Assembly: GCF_003018255.1 (NCBI RefSeq)
Contig: NZ_CP027440.1
DNA length: 64,000 bases
Source of the DNA: Escherichia coli
Lineage (GTDB): Bacteria > Pseudomonadota > Gammaproteobacteria > Enterobacterales > Enterobacteriaceae
Reading direction: 5' to 3' (one strand)
Shown here: positions 53,001 through 60,116 of the stretch, one piece after another
Position numbering within the stretch: the stretch's first letter is position 1
Layout of the letters: the number at the start of each line of letters is the position of its first letter
Translations under genes and position numbers: made by a program
The notes under the pieces: generated by a model
What the model was told of the DNA's origin: nothing
Database searches by the model: none
The model's input: only the letters and a program-made list of their open reading frames with translations

Positions 53001-53813
53001 CCCAAACCAAACAAAAGCGATGATGAATTACAGGCGAACAATGCTGTTAACCGCTACAAATTGCTGAAAAAAGATGCGCGTACCGTCGCCGCCCAGCAGG
53101 TAGCAAGGCTGGAATCCGCCATGTGCCTGCGTCGCCGCTGGTCACCGGAAAACTTTCAGCTCTTCCTGGTTGAGCATCCGCTGGTCCGCCACTTAACCCG
53201 CCGTCTGATTTGGGGCGTTTATAGCGCCGAAAACCAGCTACTGGCTTGCTTTCGCGTAGCGGAAGATAACAGCTACAGCACCGCTGACGATGATCTTTTC
53301 ACCCTGCCGGAAGGCGATATCTCTATTGGTATTCCTCACGTTCTGGAAATATCACCGACGGATGCTGCCGCCTTCGGGCAGCTTTTTGCCGACTACGAAC
53401 TGTTACCACCGTTCCGCCAGCTTGATCGTAACAGTTACGCGCTGACAGAAGCCGAGCGCAATGCCAGCGAACTGACACGCTGGGCAGGCAGAAAATGCCC
53501 GAGTGGTCGGGTAATGGGGCTGGCAAATAAAGGCTGGATGCGTGGTGAACCGCAGGACGGTGGCTGGATCGGCTGGATGATCAAACCTCTGGGCCGCTGG
53601 TCGTTAATCATGGAAATCGATGAAGGTTTTGCGGTCGGCATGTCGCCAGCCGAACTCAGTGCCGAGCAACTCTTAAGCAAGCTGTGGCTATGGGAAGGCA
53701 AAGCGGAAAGCTATGGCTGGGGGAGTAATTCAACACAGGAAGCGCAGTTCTCCGTACTCGATGCCATCACCGCCAGCGAGCTAATTAACGATATTGAAGC
53801 CCTGTTTGAATAA
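50025..53813 (+). CDS. yehH: WGR-domain / DUF4132-type giant protein YehH (intact MolR; remembered as a split pseudogene in K-12)
   Basis: Uninterrupted 1262-aa ORF. The N-terminal WGR-type motif is FWAVEQQGNELHINWGKVGTNGQSQVKSF...KLIAEKVKKGY. A long helical-repeat body follows, and the C-terminal region is shared with YehI (LDFGPRQFTVSFDE..., RLIWGVY). Confidence 0.88.
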   Translation: MRHFIYQDEKSHKFWAVEQQGNELHINWGKVGTNGQSQVKSFADAAAAEKAGLKLIAEKVKKGYVEQAKDNSLQPSQTVTDSLKVADLSTIIQEQPSFVAETRAADKNTDAVLPWLAKDIAVVFPPEVVHTTLSHRRFPGVPVQQADKLTQLRRLACSVSQRDNKTATFDFSACSLEWQNTVAQAISQIDGLKTTQLPSPVMAVLTALEMKCTRYKEREDVMDQIIQEGGLEYATDVIIHLQQISIEWDYVNNNIVFLSSGISPDYLQQYSSFELRLRKHLSLAEESLWQKCAQKLIAAIPHIPEWRQPLIALLLPEKPEIAHEISQRLLGQKKLPSLEWLKIVATDEHILASLEKYHEPYAIFDDYYCGAIWSATVLQEQGVTALPRFAPYAASDYCADVLRHINHPFALTLLIRVAGHTKRCHDRMTKACAAFPHAALAALAELLVQKEENSWRIMLMTMLISHPTLAEQVIPWLSTPAVAVLKSCQQQLTQPSNHASADLLPAIVVSPPWLSKKKKSPIPVLDLAPLNLESICTITDTEAKEFQTHWDWEPHKPSEGAKNFLYSLGYRRWDFDTYKYIGASDSAIDAWEREDFATLIQMFKAHHAPYQGEWHLNSLPFLPMQKAIKLWEFLSKEPHTAIKPVMLYLRLAGMSGFLHSFSRYPQEGFAVANYFAATELAPAVARAFNKLKTLRQDASSWLLKYPEHAITGLLPAALGKASEAQDNARAALRMLTENGHQPLLQEIARRYNQPEVTDAVNALLALDALDNHPTKIPTLPTFYQPSLWTRPLLKANAQSLPDSALLHLGEMLRFPQEEALYPGLLQVKDACTTDSLAEFAWDLFTAWQTAGAPSKESWAFTALGVLGNDDTARKLTPLIRAWPGESQHKRATVGLDILAAIGSDIALMQLNGIAQKLKFKALQERAKEKIADIAESRELTVAELEDRLAPDLGLDDNGSLLLDFGPRQFTVSFDETLKPFVRDASGSRLKDLPKPNKSDDELQANNAVNRYKLLKKDARTVAAQQVARLESAMCLRRRWSPENFQLFLVEHPLVRHLTRRLIWGVYSAENQLLACFRVAEDNSYSTADDDLFTLPEGDISIGIPHVLEISPTDAAAFGQLFADYELLPPFRQLDRNSYALTEAERNASELTRWAGRKCPSGRVMGLANKGWMRGEPQDGGWIGWMIKPLGRWSLIMEIDEGFAVGMSPAELSAEQLLSKLWLWEGKAESYGWGSNSTQEAQFSVLDAITASELINDIEALFE

Positions 53814-53822
53814 GGAAAGAGC

Positions 53823-56800
53823 ATGGACAAGGAATTACCGTGGCTGGCGGATAACGCCCAACTGGAACTGAAATATAAAAAAGGCAAAACACCACTCAGC
53901 CATCGCAATTGGCCAGGCGAACCGGTACCTGTTATCACTGAAAACATCATTCAGACACTGGGTGATGAATTGCTACAAAAAGCAGAGAAGAAAAAAAACA
54001 TTGTCTGGCGTTATGAAAACTTTTCACTGGAGTGGCAGTCCGCCATCACGCAGGCCATCAACTTGATCGGCGAACACAAACCCTCAATCACGGCCCGGAC
54101 AATGGCGGCGCTAGCCTGTATCGCGCAAAATGATAGCCAACAGTTGCTCGACGAAATCGTCCAACACGAGGGGCTGGAATATGCAACTGAGGTGGTGATT
54201 GCACGCCAGTTTATTGTACGGTGTTATGAGAGTGATCCTCTGGTAGTAACATTGCAATATCAGAACGAGGACTATGGCTATGGTTATCGCTCAGAAACCT
54301 ATAACGAATTCGATCTCCGATTGCGTAAGCATCTCTCTCTGGCAGAGGAAAGCTGCTGGCAGCGTTGCGCCGACAAACTCATTGCCGCACTGCCAGGAAT
54401 AACCAAAGTTCGCCGCCCTTTTATTGCGCTGAACCTCCCGGAAAAACCCGAAATCGCCAACGAGCTGGTAAGCCTTGAATGTTCGCAAACTCATTTTCGC
54501 TCAAAAGAGTGGTTAAAAGTTGTTGCTGATGACCCTAAGGCGGTGAAAGAACTCGCACGTTACTGGAGCCAGGATATATTTAGCGATCGAGAAGCCAGCT
54601 ACATGTCGCATGAAAACCACTTCGGCTACGCGGCCTGCGCTGCCCTTTTGCGCGAACAAGGACTGGCAGCCGTTCCGCGCCTCGCGATGTATGCACATAA
54701 AGAAGATTGCGGCAGTCTGCTGGTACAAATTAACCATCCGCAAGTCATCCGCACCTTGCTACTGGTGGCTGATAAAAACAAACCCAGCCTGCAACGTGTG
54801 GCTAAATACAGTAAAAACTTCCCCCATGCGACGCTCGCCGCACTGGCAGAACTGCTGGCGTTAAAAGCCCCCCCTGCGCGCCCTGGTTATCCCATCATCG
54901 AAGACCAAAAGCTGCCTGCACAGCAAAAAGCACGTGATGAATACTGGCATACGCTGTTACAAACGCTGATGGCATCGCAGCCACAACTGGCAGAAGAGGT
55001 GATGCCGTGGTTAAGTACTCAAGCCCGGGCAGTGCTGAATAGTTATTTATCGGCACCGCCCAAAACGGTTATTGATAGCACCGATAACAGCCAAATGCCT
55101 GAAATCCTCGTTTCACCACCGTGGCGTAGTAAGAAAAAAATGACAGCTCCACGTCTTGATTTGGCACCGCTCGAATTAACCCCGCAAGTTTACTGGCAAC
55201 CAGGCGAACAAGAGAGGCTTGCCTCCACTGAGTCTGCCCGTTATTTCAGCACGGAATCTCTTGCTGAACGCATGGAACAAAAAAGTGGACGAGTTGTATT
55301 ACAGGAACTGGGTTTTGGGGATGATGTATGGCTGTTTCTGAATTATATACTCCCCGGAAAACTGGATGCTGCACGCAATTCACTCATTGTTCAGTGGCAT
55401 TACTACCCAGGGCGGGTTGAAGAGATCATGAATGGCTGGAGCTCCCCGGAAGCTCAATTAGCAGAACAGGCGCTTCGCAGCGGTCACGTAGAAGTGTTAA
55501 TTAACATATGGGAAAATGACAGCTACTCACGTTATCGTCCGGAAAAGAGTGTCTGGAACCTGTATTTATTGGCACAGTTGCCGCGTGAGATGGCTTTGCC
55601 TTTCTGGCTACGTATCAATGAGAAAAAGCATCTGTCTGCGGGTGAGGACTATTTTCTCAGTATCTTCGGATTGGATGCTCTACCAGGTCTGCTGTTGGCT
55701 TTTTCACATCGTCCAAAAGAAACATTTCCGTTAATTTTAAATTTTGGCGCAACAGAACTGGCCCTGCCCGTTGCCCGCGTCTGGCGACGTTTCGCGGCGC
55801 AGCGTGATCTGGCCCGCCAGTGGATTTTACAATGGCCGGAACATACGGCTACTGCACTTATCCCTCTTGTCTTCACCAAACCCAGCGATAATAGCGAAGC
55901 TGCATTACTTGCCCTACGTTTACTTTACGAACAGGGACATGGTGAATTGCTGCAAACCGCGGCAAACCGCTGGCAGCGTACAGATGTATGGCCTGCCCTG
56001 GAGCATTTACTTAAACAGAGTCCAATAGAGATTTACCCGGCACGCATGCCAAAAGCCCCTGATTTCTGGCATCCGCTAATGTGGTCCAGGCCGCGCCTAA
56101 TCATTAATCATCAACTTATTACCGATGACGCTCTGGAAATTATCGGCGAAATGCTGCGCTTTACCCAGGGGGGACGTTTTCATAGCGGGCTGGAACAACT
56201 GAAAACGTTCTGCCAGCCGCAAACGCTGGCAGCTTTTGCCTGGGATCTCTTCACTGCGTGGCAACAAGCTGGTGCCCCCGCAAAAGACAACTGGGCATTT
56301 CTGGCGTTAAGTCTCTTTGGTGACGAAAGCACGGCACGGGATCTAACGACACAGATCCTCGCCTGGCCACAAGAAGGCAAATCTACCCGTGCTGTCAGTG
56401 GCCTGAACATCCTTACCCTGATGAATAATGATATGGCGCTGATACAGCTGCATCATATATCGCAACGGGCGAAATCCCGCCCCTTACGTGATAACGCGGC
56501 GGAATTTCTTCAGGTGGTCGCAGAAAATCGCGGGCTAAGCCAGGAAGAGTTAGCGGACAGATTAGTCCCAACACTGGGCCTTGATGATCCGCAGGCGTTG
56601 AGTTTTGATTTTGGTCCCCGGCAGTTTACCGTTCGCTTCGATGAAAACCTTAACCCGGTTATCTTTGATCAGCAAAACGTTCGCCAGAAAAGCGTTCCCC
56701 GGTTGCGCACCGATGACGATCAACTGAAAGCGCCCGAGGCACTGGCCCGATTAAAAGGGCTAAAAAAAGATACGACTCAGGTGAGCAAAAACCTGCTCCC

Positions 56801-57455
56801 CCGTCTTGAAGCTGCCCTGCGTACCACCCGACGCTGGTCGCTGGCAGATTTTCATTCTCTGTTTGTTAATCATCCCTTTACCCGTCTGGTTACCCAGCGA
56901 TTAATATGGGGCGTGTATCCGGCAAATGAACCGCGTCGTTTACTCAACGCCTTTCGTGTGGCCGCAGAGGGGGAGTTCTGCAATGCGCAAGATGAGCCCA
57001 TTGACCTGCCTGCGGATGCTCTGATTGGCATTGCCCACCCGTTAGAAATGACAGAAGGAATGCGCAGTGAATTTGCACAGCTTTTTGCCGATTACGAAAT
57101 TATGCCGCCTTTTCGCCAGTTGGCGCGGCGCACGGTGCTGCTCACACCTGACGAGTCAACCAGTAACAGCCTGACTCGCTGGGAAGGTAAATCCGCTACC
57201 GTTGGGCAGCTTATGGGAATGCGATACAAAGGCTGGGAGTCAGGCTATGAGGACGCATTTGTCTATGGCCTGGGCGAGTACCGGCTGGTCCTTAAGTTTT
57301 CACCCGGTTTTAACCACTACAATGTTGATAGCAAAGCGTTAATGAGCTTCCGTTCTCTTCGAGTGTACCGTGACAATAAATCCGTCACTTTTGCCGAACT
57401 TGATGTGTTTGATTTGAGTGAGGCGTTAAGCGCACCTGACGTCATTTTCCATTAA
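53823..57455 (+). CDS. yehI: DUF4132-type giant protein YehI (paralog of YehH without the WGR domain)
   Basis: 1210-aa ORF starting 9 nt after the yehH stop, with an AAGGAAAG SD. It aligns by eye to YehH from about residue 105 (LPWLA..., LRLRKHLSLAEES.W..CA.KLIAA.P, FDFGPRQFTVRFDE, RLIWGVY). Confidence 0.9.
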   Translation: MDKELPWLADNAQLELKYKKGKTPLSHRNWPGEPVPVITENIIQTLGDELLQKAEKKKNIVWRYENFSLEWQSAITQAINLIGEHKPSITARTMAALACIAQNDSQQLLDEIVQHEGLEYATEVVIARQFIVRCYESDPLVVTLQYQNEDYGYGYRSETYNEFDLRLRKHLSLAEESCWQRCADKLIAALPGITKVRRPFIALNLPEKPEIANELVSLECSQTHFRSKEWLKVVADDPKAVKELARYWSQDIFSDREASYMSHENHFGYAACAALLREQGLAAVPRLAMYAHKEDCGSLLVQINHPQVIRTLLLVADKNKPSLQRVAKYSKNFPHATLAALAELLALKAPPARPGYPIIEDQKLPAQQKARDEYWHTLLQTLMASQPQLAEEVMPWLSTQARAVLNSYLSAPPKTVIDSTDNSQMPEILVSPPWRSKKKMTAPRLDLAPLELTPQVYWQPGEQERLASTESARYFSTESLAERMEQKSGRVVLQELGFGDDVWLFLNYILPGKLDAARNSLIVQWHYYPGRVEEIMNGWSSPEAQLAEQALRSGHVEVLINIWENDSYSRYRPEKSVWNLYLLAQLPREMALPFWLRINEKKHLSAGEDYFLSIFGLDALPGLLLAFSHRPKETFPLILNFGATELALPVARVWRRFAAQRDLARQWILQWPEHTATALIPLVFTKPSDNSEAALLALRLLYEQGHGELLQTAANRWQRTDVWPALEHLLKQSPIEIYPARMPKAPDFWHPLMWSRPRLIINHQLITDDALEIIGEMLRFTQGGRFHSGLEQLKTFCQPQTLAAFAWDLFTAWQQAGAPAKDNWAFLALSLFGDESTARDLTTQILAWPQEGKSTRAVSGLNILTLMNNDMALIQLHHISQRAKSRPLRDNAAEFLQVVAENRGLSQEELADRLVPTLGLDDPQALSFDFGPRQFTVRFDENLNPVIFDQQNVRQKSVPRLRTDDDQLKAPEALARLKGLKKDTTQVSKNLLPRLEAALRTTRRWSLADFHSLFVNHPFTRLVTQRLIWGVYPANEPRRLLNAFRVAAEGEFCNAQDEPIDLPADALIGIAHPLEMTEGMRSEFAQLFADYEIMPPFRQLARRTVLLTPDESTSNSLTRWEGKSATVGQLMGMRYKGWESGYEDAFVYGLGEYRLVLKFSPGFNHYNVDSKALMSFRSLRVYRDNKSVTFAELDVFDLSEALSAPDVIFH

Positions 57456-57516
57456 AAACACAGCGGGCAGTGATGCAACTGCCCGTTATCAACACGACTT
57501 ACCAGCGGGGAAAGCG

Positions 57517-57870
57517 ATGATCGTGCAAAAAGAGCTGGTTGCTATTTACGATTATGAGGTCCCTGTACCTGAAGATCCGTTTTCCTTCAGACTTGAGATC
57601 CATAAATGCTCTGAATTATTTACAGGTTCCGTCTATCGACTGGAGCGATTCCGGCTACGTCCAACATTTCATCAACGTGATCGAGAAGATGCTGACCCGC
57701 TAATAAATGATGCGTTGATTTATATAAGAGATGAGTGTATTGATGAGCGGAAATTACGAGGTGAATCACCTGAAACTGTAATAGCAATTTTTAATCGTAA
57801 ACTACAGAATATATTCAACCAACTAATAGAATATTACTTTATTAAAGGGGGAAGCGGTTTTCCCCCTTAG
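57517..57870 (+). CDS. yehK: Small protein of unknown function YehK (3' end runs into the zor terminator hairpin)
   Basis: 117-aa ORF (MIVQKELVAIYDYEVPVPEDPF...). The last codons (IKGGSGFPP*) are encoded by the GGGGGAAGCGGTTTTCCCCC hairpin. Confidence 0.8.
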   Translation: MIVQKELVAIYDYEVPVPEDPFSFRLEIHKCSELFTGSVYRLERFRLRPTFHQRDREDADPLINDALIYIRDECIDERKLRGESPETVIAIFNRKLQNIFNQLIEYYFIKGGSGFPP

Positions 57871-57889
57871 TTGCGTTTCAATTTGCCCA

Positions 57890-57979
57890 TTACTTCAACA
57901 AATCAATCAACCGTAACAGAGCCACTAATAGCTCCAGTACAGCAATGAGCACGGTTAACTTTTGTGTCAGCGTGTCCAT
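57890..57979 (-). CDS. zorO: Zor-family type I toxin, 29 aa: MDTLTQKLTVLIAVLELLVALLRLIDLLK (copy 1; O/P assignment not determined)
   Basis: My own minus-strand translation, with an AAGGAG SD 5 nt upstream. The peptide matches ZorO of the zor-orz family (first described in O157:H7) as I recall it. A TATAAT (minus strand, 58166-58161) lies about 175 nt upstream, consistent with the long 5' UTR reported for zorO. Confidence 0.8.
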   Translation of the reverse strand: MDTLTQKLTVLIAVLELLVALLRLIDLLK

Positions 57980-58217
57980 CCGCTCTCCTTATTAAGGAGC
58001 GCAACACCAGCACCTTACCCTTACACTGCCTGTCGACACTGGTTTACGTTTGTTGAGTCGCCATGTTGCACTCCGGATCAGAGCACTACCTGCGGCACCA
58101 CCCGTCCGGTAGCCAGGACTTGAAATGGGTTCGATCCGGCGCAACTTCCCAACAGTCAGGATTATAAATCTCATTATCTTAATTGCAACACGGTCCAGCG
58201 GTGGTTATAATTCGTTC

Positions 58218-58297
58218 GTTGAGATGCCATGTTGCACTATCAGTAACTTAACATCAAAGTAGTAAATAAAAGAACCTGCCTCACCAGCAGGTTCTTT
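58218..58297 (+). ncRNA. orzO: Orz-family antitoxin sRNA, copy 1 (ends approximate)
   Basis: TTGCAA (58183-58188), a 17-nt spacer and TATAAT (58206-58211). The 5' segment GTTGAGATGCCATGTTGCACT is complementary to the zor 5' UTR at 58052-58072. Terminator AGAACCTGCCTCACCAGCAGGTTCT plus TTTTATTTT. Confidence 0.72.
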
Positions 58298-58497
58298 TAT
58301 TTTCTGCGATCTACTTTCCAGATATTTTTCGCCAATAGCCCACCATAAATATTCACATCCCGGCCAAATAGTACGTTGATTATAAAATCGATGAATTTAT
58401 AAATAAAAATGAGTTATATGATGAATTAATAAAAACAGTAATCATTTTATTAAAGGGGGAAACGGTATTCCCCCTTAGATGCGTTTCAATTTGCCCG

Positions 58498-58587
58498 TTA
58501 CTTCAACAAATCAATCAACCGTAACAGAGCCACTAATAGCTCCAGTACAGCAATGAGCACGGTTAACTTTTGTGTCAGCGTGTCCAT
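58498..58587 (-). CDS. zorP: Zor-family type I toxin, 29 aa, identical peptide (copy 2)
   Basis: The 90-nt ORF is identical to copy 1, with the same SD and the same promoter arrangement (minus-strand TATAAT at 58774-58769). Confidence 0.8.
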   Translation of the reverse strand: MDTLTQKLTVLIAVLELLVALLRLIDLLK

Positions 58588-58825
58588 CCGCTCTCCTTAT
58601 TAAGGAGCGCAACACCAGCACCTTACCCTTACACTGCCTGTCGATACTGGTTTACGTATGTTGGTACGAAACGTTGCTCTCCGGATCAGGGCACCGCCTG
58701 CGGCACCACCCGTCCAGCAGCCAGGACTTAAAATTGGTCCGATCCGGCACAACCTCCCAACGGGCAGGATTATAAATCTCATTCACTGAATTGCAATGGA
58801 GTGTGGATATGGTTATAATTTATTC

Positions 58826-58908
58826 GTTGGTACGAAATGTTGCACAATCAGCAAGTTAGCGTCATTGTAGTAAATAAAAGAACCTGCCTCACCAGCAGGT
58901 TTTTTTAT
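58826..58908 (+). ncRNA. orzP: Orz-family antitoxin sRNA, copy 2 (ends approximate)
   Basis: TTGCAA (58791-58796), a 17-nt spacer and TATAAT (58814-58819). The 5' segment GTTGGTACGAAATGTTGCACA is complementary to the zor 5' UTR at 58660-58680. Terminator AGAACCTGCCTCACCAGCAGGTT plus TTTTTTATTT. Confidence 0.72.
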
Positions 58909-59017
58909 TTACTGTGATCTGCTTTCCAGATATTTTTCGCTCAAACAACTAATGCGGCAAACATTTATTGCGCGTAAAATATCGTTTATTTCATTAATAC
59001 ATTTCAGGGATGAATAT

Positions 59018-60106
59018 ATGTCACCGCAGAATAATCATCTGCAGCGTCCGCCTGCCGCTGTGTTATACGCCGATGAACTGGCAAAATTAAAACAAAATGA
59101 TCACGCACCTTGCCCGCCCGGTTGGCAGTTAAGTTTGCCTGCGGCCCGCGCTTTTATCCTTGGCGATAGCGCGCAAAATATTAGCCGTAAAGTCGTGATC
59201 AGTCCCTCCGCTGTCGAACGCATGTTAGTCACTCTCGCTACCGGGCGCGGTTTGATGTTGGTGGGGGAACCTGGCACCGCAAAATCGCTCCTGTCTGAAT
59301 TACTGGCAACCGCTATTAGCGGCGATGCCGGGTTAACCATCCAGGGCGGCGCATCTACCACCGAAGATCAAATCAAGTACGGCTGGAACTACGCCCTGCT
59401 TATCAACCATGGTCCGTCAACGGAAGCGCTGGTCCCTGCCCCGCTTTACCAGGGAATGCGCGACGGCAAAATTGTCCGTTTTGAAGAGATAACGCGTACA
59501 CCGCTGGAAGTACAAGACTGTCTGTTAGGTATGCTTTCTGACAGGGTAATGACGGTGCCGGAACTCACCGGTGAAGCCAGTCAGCTCTATGCGCGAGAAG
59601 GCTTTAATATTATTGCCACTGCCAATACCCGCGATCGCGGCGTCAATGAGATGAGTGCCGCGCTAAAGCGTCGCTTCGATTTTGAAACCGTCTTTCCGAT
59701 TATGGATTTCGCCCAGGAGCTGGAACTGGTCGCCAGTGCTTCGGCGCGTTTGCTGGCCCATAGCGGTATTCCGCATAAAGTGCCTGACGCGGTACTGGAG
59801 TTACTGGTCCGCACCTTCCGCGATCTGCGTGCCAACGGCGAAAAGAAAACGTCAATGGATACCCTGACGGCAATTATGTCCACCGCTGAAGCCGTGAACG
59901 TGGCCCACGCAGTGGGCGTCCGCGCCTGGTTTTTAGCGAATCGCGCAGGTGAGCCAGCCGATCTGGTGGACTGTATTGCCGGAACCATCGTCAAAGATAA
60001 CGAAGAAGATCGCGCTCGTCTGCGCCGTTACTTCGAACAGCGAGTCGCCACACATAAAGAAGCTCACTGGCAGGCTTATTATCAAGCTCGCCACCGCCTG
60101 CCGTGA
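59018..60106 (+). CDS. yehL: MoxR-class AAA+ ATPase YehL (AAA_5-type)
   Basis: Track ORF 58952..60106. The start is ATG 59018 (MSPQNNHLQRPPAAV), giving 362 aa. Walker A GEPGTAKS, Walker B-like IVRFEEITR, sensor-1 IIATANTRD, and an arginine region SAALKRRFDF. Confidence 0.9.
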   Translation: MSPQNNHLQRPPAAVLYADELAKLKQNDHAPCPPGWQLSLPAARAFILGDSAQNISRKVVISPSAVERMLVTLATGRGLMLVGEPGTAKSLLSELLATAISGDAGLTIQGGASTTEDQIKYGWNYALLINHGPSTEALVPAPLYQGMRDGKIVRFEEITRTPLEVQDCLLGMLSDRVMTVPELTGEASQLYAREGFNIIATANTRDRGVNEMSAALKRRFDFETVFPIMDFAQELELVASASARLLAHSGIPHKVPDAVLELLVRTFRDLRANGEKKTSMDTLTAIMSTAEAVNVAHAVGVRAWFLANRAGEPADLVDCIAGTIVKDNEEDRARLRRYFEQRVATHKEAHWQAYYQARHRLP

Positions 60107-60116
60107 GGAAAGATGC

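Larger units (their letters stand above)
57838..58940. repeat. Tandem duplication (~608-bp period) carrying two zor-orz type I toxin-antitoxin loci
   Basis: Unit 1 is ~57838-58335 and unit 2 is ~58447-58940. The two are near-identical except for short blocks, and an AT-rich ~110-bp spacer separates them. Confidence 0.9.

Noticed and set aside
52469-53041. 190-aa ORF antisense within yehH, and similar ones in yehI and yehM
   Set aside because: The sense-strand ORFs are >1000 aa, uninterrupted and paralogous to each other. The antisense ORFs have no independent support.
57992-58174. 60-aa minus-strand ORF (and its twin at 58600..58782) in the zor-orz repeats
   Set aside because: The ATG lies upstream of the predicted zor transcription start (-10 at 58166-58161). 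The ORF covers the zor 5' UTR, and the two copies differ by non-conservative changes in the sRNA-pairing block. The region is best explained as RNA regulatory sequence, not protein.
58334-58446. The AT-rich spacer between the two zor-orz units translates in one frame to a short yehK-like-looking tail (..ILLKGETVFPL)
   Set aside because: The similarity is confined to residues encoded by the shared hairpin. There is no start codon and an upstream in-frame stop. It is not a gene fragment I can support.
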